The notes: generated from the letters alone by a model not told the origin. Counted from the stretch's first letter, positions 10,220-21,927 are shown. The stretch: 64,000 nucleotides of DNA from Trichormus sp. ATA11-4-KO1 (GCA_019358915.1 JAHHIM010000007.1:32001-96000), one strand, 5' to 3'. Translations and numbers: made by a program.

Positions 10220-10665
10220 TTGGGTGGCGATCGCAATTACAGGCTATTTTTCACGGAATTATGCTGTGTGCGGTAACTGGAGTCCTAATTTTTTGTAATT
10301 CCAACTACTATATGTAAATTCTGTATTTTAAAATACAAAATTTATATAAAATTGTTTGTCTATGGTGATTTACCGAAATTGCAGGCAAAAAATACGTATT
10401 TTTTTAAACCCATAATTTAGAACTTTAAAGTTTGACTGTACTACTTTGAGATAAATTAAAAAAATATAACATTTTCTGGCGCTTCTATGTTAAGAAATCT
10501 CCGTAAAAAACCTGATTTAACATTTGCACGAATTTATCATACTGGAATGAGCAGCAGGGAAATTTGGGAACAAAATTCCCATAGTAATATTTATAGTGTT
10601 CTCAAAACGCATAGAAAAACAAGCCACGTATATTCAAACAAGTAGCCTTAGATAGTTCCTAAAGC

Positions 10666-11982
10666 TTGTATGAATCTCAAGTGGAATATGCTCAAGTACT
10701 AGACTTGTTTTTGCAGTCGGAAACTGTTAACTTTTTTTTAAATTGGGGTGCTTTTGTGATTTCATGGAGTTCCAACTGTACAGACCCTACTAAAGAAGAT
10801 TTTGATGGGTCAAACCCCCTCAAGCAAATAATTAGTATCGATTACCATCATCCCTTAGAGTGGCAAAACCTAAAAAGCTATCCCTTAGGCTTATCTCAAG
10901 AAGAACAGTCGCTTGAAAATATGCAAGTAGTGCCTGCTTGGATGAAAATTGATATTAATTATAGTTACGATTCATTAATCTCTAGAACGCTACAAACTAA
11001 AGGTTCTACAGTGGTGAATGGCTTTGATTCAGAATCACCAAAAGTTCTGGTAGTTGACGACCATACAGCGAGTCGGATGACTGCTGCTGCTCTTTTGTCG
11101 ATGGAAGGGTACGAAGTTATTGAGGCAGATAGTGGTGCTACTGCTGTGGTACTGGTGAAACAAAAACAACCAGATTTAATTTTGCTGGATGTAATGATGC
11201 CGGGAATGGATGGTTTTGAAGTTTGCCAGATGCTCAAGCAGGATGAACGTACTAGGTTAATACCGATAATTTTTATTACAGCTTTAAATGACAGGCGATC
11301 GCGCATCCGGGGAATTGAAGTAGGGGGAGATGATTTTCTCACCAAACCTTTTGACCGTGTAGAACTAGCAGCGCGGGTAAAGTCTTTGGTGCGGCAAAAG
11401 CGGTTGAATGAAGACTTAGACCATGCGGAAAAAGTACTATTTTCTATTGCTAGGGCTATTGAAAGTCGTGATCCCAACACAGGCGATCACTGCGAACGCC
11501 TAGTCAAACTAGGGCAGGCTTTTGGTGAATACCTCAATCTTCAACGTTACCAAATTCGAGATTTAATGTGGGGCGGTTATCTTCACGATATCGGTAAAGT
11601 GGGTATTCCTGACGCGGTATTACTGAAACAAGGCAAACTCACCCCCGAAGAGTGGGAAATTATGAGACAGCATGTTTTAATCGGGGAAAAAATCTGCCAG
11701 CCACTACGCAGTGTGCAGGGTGTAATTCCCATTATTCGCCATCACCATGAACGCTGGGATGGCTCAGGCTACCCCGATGGATTGAAGGGAGATGAAATTC
11801 CCTATCTAGCACAGGTATTTCAAATCATTGATATTTATGATGCTCTAACCAGCGAACGACCTTATAAAAAAGAGTTTACTTTAGAAGCAGCATTGTCTGT
11901 AATGCAGCAAGAAAGCGATTCAGGTTGGCGTAATCCTAAATTAGTACAACAGTTTGGAGAGTTTGTCCACTCTTTGGTATGA
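10666..11982 (+). CDS. Response regulator with HD-GYP c-di-GMP phosphodiesterase domain (start uncertain)
   Basis: REC domain VLVVDD...DLILLDVMMPGMDG; LHDIGKVG and HHERWDGSGYPDGL. Confidence 0.93.
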   Translation: MYESQVEYAQVLDLFLQSETVNFFLNWGAFVISWSSNCTDPTKEDFDGSNPLKQIISIDYHHPLEWQNLKSYPLGLSQEEQSLENMQVVPAWMKIDINYSYDSLISRTLQTKGSTVVNGFDSESPKVLVVDDHTASRMTAAALLSMEGYEVIEADSGATAVVLVKQKQPDLILLDVMMPGMDGFEVCQMLKQDERTRLIPIIFITALNDRRSRIRGIEVGGDDFLTKPFDRVELAARVKSLVRQKRLNEDLDHAEKVLFSIARAIESRDPNTGDHCERLVKLGQAFGEYLNLQRYQIRDLMWGGYLHDIGKVGIPDAVLLKQGKLTPEEWEIMRQHVLIGEKICQPLRSVQGVIPIIRHHHERWDGSGYPDGLKGDEIPYLAQVFQIIDIYDALTSERPYKKEFTLEAALSVMQQESDSGWRNPKLVQQFGEFVHSLV

Positions 11983-12368
11983 GGGAGTGGAGAGTGGGGA
12001 GATGGGCAGGGCTGTTTCATTCGCTTGTGTTGGAGATTTGTCAAGAGGATAATCTCACGCAAAGGCGCAAAGACGCAAAGAAAAATCAGGTATTTCGGAC
12101 TGAAGATGCCAAAATTTTCGGTCTTAATTGTGGATTTGCCCTTGCAATTTTAACCCTTTTAGGGAACGAATCAGCCCTGGGGAGATGGGGGGGAAGAACT
12201 TAATATTTAGTATCTATCCTTGTCCCCCTATCCCCTTGTCCCCTTCCCTCCGCCTCATCCTTGGGTAAATTTTGGTGTTCGCTAGATTAGCTGATATGAT
12301 TTGAGCCTAAATCTATCTCAAAGTATCAAGCGCGAAAGCGTAATTCACTGATAGCTTATAGCTTAATT

Positions 12369-13718
12369 ATGGTAGTTGTAGCAATTCTAGCGGCGGGACG
12401 CGGCACCAGGATGAAATCACACCTACCCAAAGTTTTACATTCTTTGGGTGGGCGATCGCTAGTTGAGAGAGTTCTTGACAGTGTAGAACCGCTTTCGCCC
12501 TCACGGCGGATGGTGATTGTAGGATATCAAGCCCAAGAAGTGAAATCAGCCATGCACTCCCCCCGCTTGGAGTTTGTTGAACAGACTGTACAGATGGGAA
12601 CAGGTCATGCCATTCAGCAATTACTGCCTCATCTTGAGGGGTACACTGGTGATTTACTGGTACTAAATGGCGATGTACCGTTGTTACGCACCCAAACCCT
12701 GCAACAGCTATGGCAAACTCACCAAGAAAATCATAACGCCGCCACTATCCTCACCTCTTACATACCTGAACCCAAAGGCTACGGGCGCGTTTTCTGTAAT
12801 AGTGAAAATGTAGTACAGCAAATTGTTGAAGACAAGGACTGTACTGTTGCTCAAAGACAAAATCGGCGGATTAATGCTGGAGTTTATTGCTTTCGTTGGC
12901 AGGATTTAGCTGAGGTTTTGCCGCATCTACAAGCAAATAATGCCCAACAAGAATATTACCTCACAGATGCTGTCACGCAAGTAGGAAAGGTGATGGCAGT
13001 GGATGTGGAAGATTATCAAGAAATTCTTGGCATTAATGATCGCTTGCAATTGGCAACGGCTTACGATATTTTGCAGAGGCGTGTTAAGGAAAAATGGATG
13101 ATGGCGGGTGTGACTTTAATAGATCCTAACAGCATCACCATTGATGACACTGTAGAATTACAGCCGGATGTAATCATTGAACCTCAAACCCATCTGCGGG
13201 GAAATACGACTATTCAAACAGGAAGTCGCATTGGGCCTGGAAGTTTAATTGAAAATAGCCAATTGGGTGAAAACGTTACTGTCCAATATTCGGTAGTCAC
13301 TGATAGCATCGTAGAGACAGGAACCCGGATTGGGCCTTATGCTCATCTGCGCGGTCATGCACAAGTAGGCGCTAATTGCCGTGTGGGCAACTTTGTAGAA
13401 TTGAAAAATACCCAATTAGGCGATCGCACTAACGTCGCACATCTATCATATTTAGGTGATACGACTACGGGTAATCAGGTGAATATCGGTGCCGGTACAA
13501 TTACGGCTAACTATGATGGGGTGAAAAAACATCCTACCAAAATAGGCGATCGCACTAAAACTGGTTCTAACAGTGTTTTAGTCGCACCAATCACCTTGGG
13601 AGATGATGTTTATGTAGCTGCTGGTTCAACGGTTACAGAAGATGTTCCTGATGATTCACTAGTGATTGCTCGTAGCCGTCAGGTGGTTAAACCAGGTTGG
13701 CAAAAGAAAAGCCAGTAA
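12369..13718 (+). CDS. glmU: Bifunctional UDP-GlcNAc pyrophosphorylase / GlcN-1-P acetyltransferase
   Basis: [17 protein letters not shown], hexapeptide repeats, ANYDG. Confidence 0.98.
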   Translation: MVVVAILAAGRGTRMKSHLPKVLHSLGGRSLVERVLDSVEPLSPSRRMVIVGYQAQEVKSAMHSPRLEFVEQTVQMGTGHAIQQLLPHLEGYTGDLLVLNGDVPLLRTQTLQQLWQTHQENHNAATILTSYIPEPKGYGRVFCNSENVVQQIVEDKDCTVAQRQNRRINAGVYCFRWQDLAEVLPHLQANNAQQEYYLTDAVTQVGKVMAVDVEDYQEILGINDRLQLATAYDILQRRVKEKWMMAGVTLIDPNSITIDDTVELQPDVIIEPQTHLRGNTTIQTGSRIGPGSLIENSQLGENVTVQYSVVTDSIVETGTRIGPYAHLRGHAQVGANCRVGNFVELKNTQLGDRTNVAHLSYLGDTTTGNQVNIGAGTITANYDGVKKHPTKIGDRTKTGSNSVLVAPITLGDDVYVAAGSTVTEDVPDDSLVIARSRQVVKPGWQKKSQ

Positions 13719-13940
13719 ATCCTGCATGGTGCTCAGGCTGTTACCAACATTCAAGATAATTGAGGTTTATAGCTAATTAAAAATCTCGACTTAGCTGGTC
13801 TAAAATGTAGCTATCAGTATTGACAATCTAGAAATAATCGAATAACAAGGTGGCAGCATCATAAAAAAATGCATTAGCTCATCCCTGCCAAAAGACTCAG
13901 TAACGCTCTTAACGAAAACTTCACACGAATAACATAAATC

Positions 13941-14177
13941 ATGCCACAAAATACTGATTACAAAGCTGCCAATTCAACAACTCAACCAATTGCTTATAAA
14001 GCACGCCTGAATTCTTGGGCGATCGCTCGTTTACTTCCTGATACACAACGAGAAATTGTGGCTCGTTTCCGCAGTCGTTCTGATGCAGATGGTTATATGC
14101 AGCACCTCAGCCAAACTACACCAAATGCTACCTTTGTCGTTGTTTTTGACTGCCAACGTGAAGAAGTTGTAATTTAG
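13941..14177 (+). CDS. Small hypothetical protein of a dispersed Nostocales family
   Basis: Y..RLNSWAIARLLP..QR.IVARFRSRSDADG...FVVVFD pattern; ttgaca upstream and hairpin downstream. Confidence 0.75.
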   Translation: MPQNTDYKAANSTTQPIAYKARLNSWAIARLLPDTQREIVARFRSRSDADGYMQHLSQTTPNATFVVVFDCQREEVVI

Positions 14178-14188
14178 AGTTTATGATT

Positions 14189-14231
14189 TAGGCGATCGCA
14201 TTGTAGGGTAATTCAATAATGCGATCGCCTT
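14189..14231 (+). terminator. Hairpin built from two HIP1 sites
   Basis: aggcgatcgcatt...aatgcgatcgcct. Confidence 0.6.
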
Positions 14232-14252
14232 TATAGGGAACAGGTGACAGGC

Positions 14253-14294
14253 TTCGGCGTGAGCGTCAGCGTTCGACTGAGCGCTCACGCCGAA
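14253..14294. repeat. Palindromic short dispersed repeat (cttcgactgagcgctca family)
   Basis: cttcggcgtgagcgtcagcgttcgactgagcgctcacgccgaag; related copies at 47151-47172 and 51433-51455. Confidence 0.7.
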
Positions 14295-14547
14295 GTCCGA
14301 ACGGTAATAGGTGACAGAAAGAGAGTTTGAGCCAGGTTTTGATGTTTTAGTTATTTTTAATTGATTTAGACTTGTCAACGAATTAAGATAGCAGCCTAAC
14401 AAATCAAAGAGCAAAATCTAATTTATGAATATAGAACTTTTATTTAATTTTTGCAAACACAACTTACACCTCTGTCACCTGTAGCCTAATTAGTCTAGAA
14501 AAGACCCAATTAAATGATGCTAACTTGGGTCGTTTCAAGTAAACACC

Positions 14548-14748
14548 TTAACGTGATTCAGTTCCTTGATTGGGGCTACCTGCTACAGTATCTTCTCCTG
14601 GTGACTCTGGTTCAGCACCGGGTTGGGTATCTGTTTCAGCAGCGTTGCCAGTTTTGCGGATACTAGGCTCAACGGGTGTTTGATAGCCACCAGAAGCACT
14701 GGGAGTAGTATTTTTATCATGAGATTTTTGTTTTTGTTCTTTGGGCAT
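14548..14748 (-). CDS. Small hydrophilic hypothetical protein
   Basis: aggag RBS before ATG at 14748; disordered composition; hairpin at ~14500-14538 downstream. Confidence 0.65.
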   Translation of the reverse strand: MPKEQKQKSHDKNTTPSASGGYQTPVEPSIRKTGNAAETDTQPGAEPESPGEDTVAGSPNQGTESR

Positions 14749-14989
14749 AACTACACTCCTGTTATTTAATCTTGGCATCATTTTAAGAAGATCAGGAGTG
14801 CAAATTTATCTATCCAGAATCTGGTTATGCCTGATTTATTCCTCTGTCGGAAGTATTATTTAGTACTAATTATTTTTGCTTTCAAGAGTCTATGTAGCTG
14901 ACCCTAGGGCAGTAACGCTAGATTAAAACCAGGAGAAAATTGACGCGTGTAAGTTCACGTTCAATGTTTTAAAAAAGCTATATAGAATT

Positions 14990-16366
14990 ATGACATTTAA
15001 TTACGACTTGTTTGTCATTGGTGCTGGTTCTGGGGGTTTAGCAGCTTCCAAGCGTGCAGCTAGCTATGGGGCAAAAGTAGCGATCGCCGAACAAGATTTA
15101 GTCGGTGGTACTTGTGTAATTCGCGGTTGTATTCCCAAAAAACTCATGGTCTATGGCTCGCATTTTTCTGCACTCTTACGGGATGCAGCAGGCTACGGCT
15201 GGAAGGTAGGCGATGCCAAGTTAGACTGGGAATATTTCATCACATCCATAGACCAGGAAGTCCGGCGGCTGTCACAATTACACATCAGCTTATTAGCAAA
15301 AGCGGGAGTTGAATTAATTCCTCATCGTGCCACTTTGGTAGATATCCACACACTAGAAGTTGATGGACGCAAAGTTACGGCAGACAAAATTTTAGTTGCT
15401 GTTGGCGGTCGTCCCATCAAACCAGATTTGCCAGGGATGGAATATGGCATTACTTCCAACAAGATGTTTCATCTGCCATCACAACCAAAACACATTGCCA
15501 TTCTGGGTGCTGGTTATATCGGTACAGAATTTGCCTGTATTATGAATGGTTTGGGTTCTCAGGTGACGCAGATTAACCGCCAAGAACTGATATTGAAGGG
15601 TTTTGATGAAGATATCCGCAGAGGAATTCAGGAGGGAATGGCAAATCACGGCATTCGCATCATCCCTAATACTGAAGTGACAGCAGTGGAACAAATATCA
15701 GCCGGGTTGAAGTTAAATTTGTCTGGAGAACATGAAGAACCAGTAATTGCCGATAGGTTATTAGTGGCGACCGGTCGGATTCCCAACATTGATGGATTAG
15801 GTTTGGAAAACGCTGGGGTTGATGTCGTTTCTGGTTCTGAGGAAGGGCCGGGGTACAGCACTACAAATGCGATCGCTGTTAATGAATATAGTCAAACTAA
15901 TCAACCACATATCTTTGCTGTGGGTGATGTCACTGATCGCCTAAATTTAACTCCTGTGGCTATTGGTGAAGGTCGAGCCTTTGCTGATAGTGAATTTGGC
16001 AATCACCGCCAAGCATTTAGTCATCAGAATGTGCCAACAGCAGTATTTTCTACTCCAGAAGCGGCTACAGTCGGCTGTACGGAAGCCGAAGCACGAGCAA
16101 AAGTTGGTGAGGCTGTAAAAATTTATCACACTCGTTTCCGCCCCGTGTATCATAGCTTGACTGGTCAGCAAGAGCGAATCACCATGAAGTTGGTGGTGGA
16201 TGCTAATACCGATAAAGTATTGGGCGCTCACATGGTAGGAGACAACGCAGCTGAGATAATGCAAGGTGTGGCGATCGCAGTGAAAATGAGCGCGACTAAA
16301 CAAGATTTTGACGCTACTGTCGGTATTCATCCTACAATCGCAGAAGAATTCGTTACTATGCGGTAA
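14990..16366 (+). CDS. gor: Glutathione-disulfide reductase
   Basis: GAGSGG, GGTCVIRGCIPKK redox disulfide, HPTIAEE. Confidence 0.96.
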   Translation: MTFNYDLFVIGAGSGGLAASKRAASYGAKVAIAEQDLVGGTCVIRGCIPKKLMVYGSHFSALLRDAAGYGWKVGDAKLDWEYFITSIDQEVRRLSQLHISLLAKAGVELIPHRATLVDIHTLEVDGRKVTADKILVAVGGRPIKPDLPGMEYGITSNKMFHLPSQPKHIAILGAGYIGTEFACIMNGLGSQVTQINRQELILKGFDEDIRRGIQEGMANHGIRIIPNTEVTAVEQISAGLKLNLSGEHEEPVIADRLLVATGRIPNIDGLGLENAGVDVVSGSEEGPGYSTTNAIAVNEYSQTNQPHIFAVGDVTDRLNLTPVAIGEGRAFADSEFGNHRQAFSHQNVPTAVFSTPEAATVGCTEAEARAKVGEAVKIYHTRFRPVYHSLTGQQERITMKLVVDANTDKVLGAHMVGDNAAEIMQGVAIAVKMSATKQDFDATVGIHPTIAEEFVTMR

Positions 16367-16410
16367 TTACGCCCATAGTTGTCATAGTTGCGGACTTAAA
16401 TCTTTCAATT

Positions 16411-17049
16411 TTGAATTACTACATTTACCTACACGGTTTTGCTTCTAGTCCTCAATCTGCCAAAGCAAAGGATATAAGCGATCACTTTGCTAAAATTCCG
16501 CTTAAGCTCAAAATCCCCGATCTAAATGCTGGTGATTTTTCCCAGTTGACAATCACTCGTCAGCTAACTCAAGTTGCAGCAGAATTTCCTCATGATTCTG
16601 CCCCAGTGACGCTGATTGGTTCTAGTTTAGGCGGTTTGACATCTGCTCACTTAGCAGAGAAATATCCACAAGTGCAACGCCTAGTTTTACTAGCGCCAGC
16701 TTTTGGGTTTTTATCTCATTGGTTGCCTAAGCTAGGAGATGAAGAAATACAGCGTTGGCAACGAGAAAAGTATCTCATGATTCACCATTATGGAGAAGGG
16801 CGATCGCTCCCCCTAAGTTACGATTTCCTGACAGATGCGGCTGAATATCAAGAAGATATGTTGCAACGTCCCATTCCCACTTTGATTTTGCATGGAAAAC
16901 AAGATGAAGTCATCCCCATTACGGCCAGTCGAGAATTTGCGCGATCTCGTCCTTGGGTAGAATTGATAGAACTCGACAGCGATCACGCTTTAGGCAATGT
17001 CATGGCAGAAATTTGGCAAGCAATTCACCTATTCTGTCAGTTGCCCTAA
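16411..17049 (+). CDS. YqiA/YcfP-family alpha/beta hydrolase
   Basis: [15 protein letters not shown] nucleophile elbow, [11 protein letters not shown]. Confidence 0.92.
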   Translation: MNYYIYLHGFASSPQSAKAKDISDHFAKIPLKLKIPDLNAGDFSQLTITRQLTQVAAEFPHDSAPVTLIGSSLGGLTSAHLAEKYPQVQRLVLLAPAFGFLSHWLPKLGDEEIQRWQREKYLMIHHYGEGRSLPLSYDFLTDAAEYQEDMLQRPIPTLILHGKQDEVIPITASREFARSRPWVELIELDSDHALGNVMAEIWQAIHLFCQLP

Positions 17050-17123
17050 AGCTTTACAATATAAGACCGATTCTTGGAAAATCCAGATGCAATCTGATAA
17101 GTCTTAATTACGAATTAAATTAT

Positions 17124-18275
17124 ATGCTCCCCTTTATCCGGTCAGATTTAGCTCAATTCACTGCTTACAAGCCCCACCCCAGCAGCGATACAGCCGCAGC
17201 AGTTCCCGTGCAGCTTGATCGGCTAGATACGAATGAAAGCCCTTATGATTTGCCGCCTGAGTTAAAAGAAAAACTGGCTTGGACATATCAGCAGGTAATT
17301 GAAACAAATCGTTATCCTGATGGGGGACATGAGACACTTAAAAACGCGATCGCACAGTACGTTAATGAGTCAGCGTTCATCTCATCATCTCTGTTGACTG
17401 CTGCCAATATTTCTGTGGGCAATGGTTCAGATGAACTAATTCGCTCTTTATTAATCGCCACTTGTCTGGGAGGAGAAGGGGCAATTTTAGTTGCTCATCC
17501 CACTTTCTCGATGTACGGGATTTTGGCAAAAACTTTGGGAATTCCTGTGGTAACGGTGGACAGAAATAAAGATAATTTTGAAATTGATTTAACAACTGCA
17601 CAGTCAGCCTTAGAACAAACTCAAAATCCGCCGATTCGGGTAGTTTTTGTTGTCCATCCCAATTCCCCGACTGGTAATTGTTTAACTGCGGCAGAATTAA
17701 CTTGGTTAAAAAGTTTAAGTGAGCAAATTTTGGTAGTAATTGATGAAGCTTACTTTGAATTTAGCCAGACTACCTTAGTAGCTGAATTAGCACAGCGTCC
17801 TAACTGGGTTATATTACGTACTTTTTCTAAAGCCTTCCGTTTAGCAGCGCTGCGCGTTGGTTATTGTGTTGCCCATCCAGAAGCGATCGCTATTTTAGAA
17901 AAAGTCCGCTTACCTTATAATCTTCCCAGTTTCTCCATTGCTGGGGCACTAGCTACTTTGCAAAATCGCCAACTTTTGCTAGGCTCAATTTCCCAAACTT
18001 TACACGAGCGAGACAAACTCAAAGCAGCTCTATCCCAACATCCCAGATTACAAGTTACAGAAAGTGCCGCTAACTTTATTTTCCTGCGTCTCCAACCAAA
18101 TGTCTTTGATCCACAAGACAATACTTTAAAAAATCTTCACCAACAACTGAAAAATTCTGGCACAATTGTCCGCGAGATTAGCCAAGGATTGCGAATTACT
18201 ATCGGTACATCTGAGGAAAACGCTCGTACCTTCAAGAGAATACAAGCTGCTTTAACAAACCTTGATTCTCAATAA
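17124..18275 (+). CDS. hisC: Histidinol-phosphate aminotransferase
   Basis: [46 protein letters not shown] at 17124 preferred to the overlapping TTG. Confidence 0.9.
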   Translation: MLPFIRSDLAQFTAYKPHPSSDTAAAVPVQLDRLDTNESPYDLPPELKEKLAWTYQQVIETNRYPDGGHETLKNAIAQYVNESAFISSSLLTAANISVGNGSDELIRSLLIATCLGGEGAILVAHPTFSMYGILAKTLGIPVVTVDRNKDNFEIDLTTAQSALEQTQNPPIRVVFVVHPNSPTGNCLTAAELTWLKSLSEQILVVIDEAYFEFSQTTLVAELAQRPNWVILRTFSKAFRLAALRVGYCVAHPEAIAILEKVRLPYNLPSFSIAGALATLQNRQLLLGSISQTLHERDKLKAALSQHPRLQVTESAANFIFLRLQPNVFDPQDNTLKNLHQQLKNSGTIVREISQGLRITIGTSEENARTFKRIQAALTNLDSQ

Positions 18276-18279
18276 TTAA

Positions 18280-18849
18280 TTATTTAAACCTGCCACCCAA
18301 TTCGTTACCCAAACGGCGTACTATCCCCACCGTTTGTGGTAGCACTCCTACTAAAAGCGCAAAGGCAATATCAGGCATCAGCGCCACCATTTCTGGTGGA
18401 AAGTATTGTTCAAACTGATCTAAAATCTTCTGAACTCGCTGTTGAGGCAAGGGATTTTCTGTAATTTGCTTGATTAGGCGAATCCATTGTCGCCTAATTA
18501 AGTAAGCTTTCTGACGATCCTCATAAGATTCGGGAGTTAATAAAGATAAATTACCTATAGGCAATACCCTTTCACAATCACTATCATAATTCCCGCCAAC
18601 TGCTGCACCCGGCCCAGCAAATTCTGCATGATAGCGTTTAAAGAGTATTAACCCATTGCGTTTACGACTATTGACAACGAAAACCTTTCCACTGTGCAAA
18701 AGTGTGAGGATATCCGAGCCATATGATTGCTCAGTTCCATCTGGCATGACAACATGGTCAAGGAAACTAATGTCAGGGTAATAAGTTGATACCATAGCAG
18801 CTTGATAGCGTCGGTAGTTTTCGCTATCCATGTTTTCTCGAACTTGCAA
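18280..18849 (-). CDS. Conserved cyanobacterial hypothetical protein, possibly a degenerate Crp-like regulator; start uncertain
   Basis: NGLILFKRYHAEFAGPGAAVGG and C-terminal FALLVGVLPQTV (HTH-like). Confidence 0.7.
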   Translation of the reverse strand: MQVRENMDSENYRRYQAAMVSTYYPDISFLDHVVMPDGTEQSYGSDILTLLHSGKVFVVNSRKRNGLILFKRYHAEFAGPGAAVGGNYDSDCERVLPIGNLSLLTPESYEDRQKAYLIRRQWIRLIKQITENPLPQQRVQKILDQFEQYFPPEMVALMPDIAFALLVGVLPQTVGIVRRLGNELGGRFK

Positions 18850-19731
18850 ATAAATTGGTAGAGTTATGCACTTCCTGCGGGAACTAGCCGTTAAATCAAA
18901 TTATAGTTTTGATTTTTATTAAACTTGCTTGATAACAAAAATTCACTTGTTAATTTAACTAAGATAAAAAAATCAGGATTGGGTCAGTCAATAATTAATC
19001 ATATTTTATGAGATTTCCTGGGATTTGTCTTGGCAAATCATCTGCGATTCTTTAAAGTTTTTATAAAGATGAATATATTAAATACAAAGTTACTATGAGG
19101 GGGTTTGAGTTTGATTAAGCGTAATTTTACGGATGACCTACTATAGTCCATCTTTTATATTTAAAATCATTTACTATTTAGCTGTTATCTCTAATTCACA
19201 TAACATATTATGCACAACTAAAATACTACACATTTGAGTTGTTTTTGAGAATTTAGCCTAAAAACCATCTTGTTAAATCTCTAAAGATGATCTTCTTAGG
19301 GATAGCAGTGGTACATTTCTTCTCTACTTATAAATCCTTTGAGTAAAGGATAAAATACTCTGTACTCTAGTAGTGATTTGGTTTGCTAAACTTGTAAATT
19401 TTTCTGCAAGTTTTGATTGTTTGACATAACTAGCAATTAACTCTGGCATTAGTTATAAATATTGATTGTGAGTGGGGAATTACTTCCAACCAGCTTTGAT
19501 ATCGAGAATAACACCAATTCAAGATAAATCAGGCTAATAAACCAGGTTTTTCTCTGCTGTTAAAACCAATTTTCTTGTTTGTGTGCATAAAAGAACTAGG
19601 TTGCCAGAGTTACTAAATTAATAGTTTAAATTTCAATTACCTGAGCCTGTATTCTAGTTGGCGATACCCATAACAGCTTTTGTACCAAACTGATTGCCAC
19701 ATCAAACTTTTATACTTTCTCCCAGAAAATC

Positions 19732-20391
19732 TCAGATAAATGAATCAATGTTCAGGTGCTTGTGCAATAATATCTGTCGGGGGCGTTTGATTAAAAACGT
19801 ATTCCAATGAGATTCTAATTTATGCGCCTTATATCCTAGCTTGAAATAAAGTTGCCGTGCATGATGGTTATTTTCCAAAACATGCAGGTATAAGTCTTGG
19901 AATCCCCATTCACGAGAGACTTTTTCCGAGCTAAGTAGTAGCTCGGAAGCTACACCATGTCTACGGTATTTGGGGTGAACAGCTAAATTAGACAGATAGG
20001 GAAAACTCTTGCCAACCTGTATCCATGAATCACTGAAACGCACACCCACTTCTACAGTTCCCACTAAGTTATTAGTTAAACCAGTAGTAGTGTCAATCGC
20101 AACCAAACAAACATGGTGGGGTGCAGGTGATGACAAACGATGTCTGAGGTCTTCGTAAATACCCAAACGTAGCAGAGGAAAAGCCCATCCCCAAAAACCA
20201 TCCTGGGAGTGAAAGCTTTCGGCAATGATTTGGGCAATACCAGTCAAATCAGCAGGTGTAGCCGCACGAATCTGAAATTGCCAGGAAGCTTGTTCGGCGG
20301 AAGAGATGACTGGCTCTTGGCGGTAATGATCAAAAAACCAGGATGTCAAGGCTAGTTTAGTATTGATTTTATTAAACGCAAATCTTCTCAA
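19732..20391 (-). CDS. GNAT-family N-acetyltransferase (start may be TTG at 20349)
   Basis: YLSNLAVHPKYRRHGVA motif A; LHVLENN...LYFKLGY motif B. Confidence 0.92.
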   Translation of the reverse strand: MRRFAFNKINTKLALTSWFFDHYRQEPVISSAEQASWQFQIRAATPADLTGIAQIIAESFHSQDGFWGWAFPLLRLGIYEDLRHRLSSPAPHHVCLVAIDTTTGLTNNLVGTVEVGVRFSDSWIQVGKSFPYLSNLAVHPKYRRHGVASELLLSSEKVSREWGFQDLYLHVLENNHHARQLYFKLGYKAHKLESHWNTFLIKRPRQILLHKHLNIDSFI

Positions 20392-20713
20392 ATATCCTCA
20401 AACACTGTATAAGCTATGTGAAAACTGAAATTAGCTGAAAACACTGAGTTGGTATTGAGATTTTAACTGAGTATGAGTTATTGAATCCAAGATGGTGTTG
20501 ACGCTGCTAATACTGGCGCTTCCTTCATAATGTAATAATTTTCTCATGAATGATTATAGTATCCTTAGTGTATCTAGTTTGCCTATAGCTGTACTGAGTA
20601 AAGTTACAATATTTTAAATTAAATTAATCAATTCATAACTTGTAAGTTGCATTTTTTGTGCTGAAAGCAACATCAGGTTATCAGTTTCCGTATGCTTGTG
20701 ATTTCAAATCTTG

Positions 20714-20742
20714 TTCTCAGTAAATTCTCAGCAATAACTCAG
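20714..20742 (+). promoter_or_regulatory. Three 11-bp-periodic direct repeats, candidate OmpR-family binding site
   Basis: ttctcag-N4-ttctcag-N4-aactcag about 180 bp upstream of the spondin gene. Confidence 0.5.
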
Positions 20743-20917
20743 ATTGATATGAGTAAATTAGATCTGAGCTTTGCAATTACGACATAATAATTTTCGCTTT
20801 TCACTTTTGTAATGGTGAGGACTTGACGAATTCTTACTTTTAAGTAATTTTAGCAAGCAATTTCCATTATAGCGAGAATTATGTCTTGAAATACCTCCAA
20901 ATTATCATTAGGAAATC

Positions 20918-21757
20918 ATGACTCATCAAAGAATTATTGCTATGACATTGGGGGTTGTCTCAACTCTGACAATGGCATCAGCAGCGTCAGCAGCAACACT
21001 CAAAGTAACTATCGAAAACCTAGCGCCACAACAAGGTATTGTTGTAACTCCCTTGTGGGTTGGCTTTCATGATGGAACTTTTGACATTTTCAACGTAGGT
21101 GAAGCAGCTTCCGAAAGCTTAGAACGTCTAGCCGAAGATGGTGCAACTGCACCTATTGCCAGTGACTTTTTAGCTAGTGGTGCTGGAGTAGTTGAAGGAA
21201 CAATTTTCGGTCCCGGTATCAGTCCTACATCACCACCAGTTATTCCACCAGGTGCGATCGCTACCCAAAGATTTCAGATTGATGGTAGTTTGGCTAGTAG
21301 TCGCTACTTTAGCTACGGTGCAATGATTGTTCCTAGCAATGACGCTTTCATCGCTAATGACAACCCACTAGCTTTCCGGATTTTCGATGATCTTGGTAAC
21401 TTCCTTGGTGCTGATTTTATAGTCTCTGGAAATAGAATTTGGGATGCCGGTACTGAAGTTAACGATGAAATTCCAGAAAACACTGCACTTCTGGGACAGA
21501 CAGTACCTAATACTGGTGTAACTGAAAATGGTCTAGTTACGCTGCATCCTGGCTTCATCCCAGGCGGCAATATTTTGTCTGCGTTTCCCAATGCAGATTT
21601 TACAACTCTCGCCTCTCCCAGCTATCAAGTAGTACGTATCAGAGTTGAGCAAGTGCCAGAACCAGGTAGTACACTTGGGCTATTAATTGCTGGTAGTTTG
21701 TTAGGGCTAGGGTATTGTGTGCGTCGGCCAGCCATTTTCCGCAATAGACAAATTTAA
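20918..21757 (+). CDS. Spondin-domain protein with PEP-CTERM sorting signal
   Basis: Signal peptide; spondin_N motifs LERLAEDG, MIVPSNDAF, WDAGTEVNDE; C-terminal VPEP + TM + RR. Confidence 0.92.
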   Translation: MTHQRIIAMTLGVVSTLTMASAASAATLKVTIENLAPQQGIVVTPLWVGFHDGTFDIFNVGEAASESLERLAEDGATAPIASDFLASGAGVVEGTIFGPGISPTSPPVIPPGAIATQRFQIDGSLASSRYFSYGAMIVPSNDAFIANDNPLAFRIFDDLGNFLGADFIVSGNRIWDAGTEVNDEIPENTALLGQTVPNTGVTENGLVTLHPGFIPGGNILSAFPNADFTTLASPSYQVVRIRVEQVPEPGSTLGLLIAGSLLGLGYCVRRPAIFRNRQI

Positions 21758-21895
21758 CTAACTTTTTTTGAGTTTCTTGAGTTTTCAGGGCGTATTCCGC
21801 ATCACTTAACTTTTGTGTTCACTTTTCAAAATTATCAACGACATCTGAAGAAAAGTAACTCAGTGTCTACGCCTTTACATCAGTTGTAAATAGTA

Positions 21896-21927
21896 AAAAG
21901 CCGTGCAACTTAAGTTGCACGGCTTTT
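21896..21927. terminator. Bidirectional terminator between the spondin gene and arsS
   Basis: aaaagccgtgcaac-ttaa-gttgcacggctttt. Confidence 0.8.

Noticed and set aside
11979..12368. ORF 11979-12203 or a tRNA in the spacer before glmU
   Set aside because: Made of short repeats (cgcaaaga/g, ccccttgt); no cloverleaf or T-loop motif found
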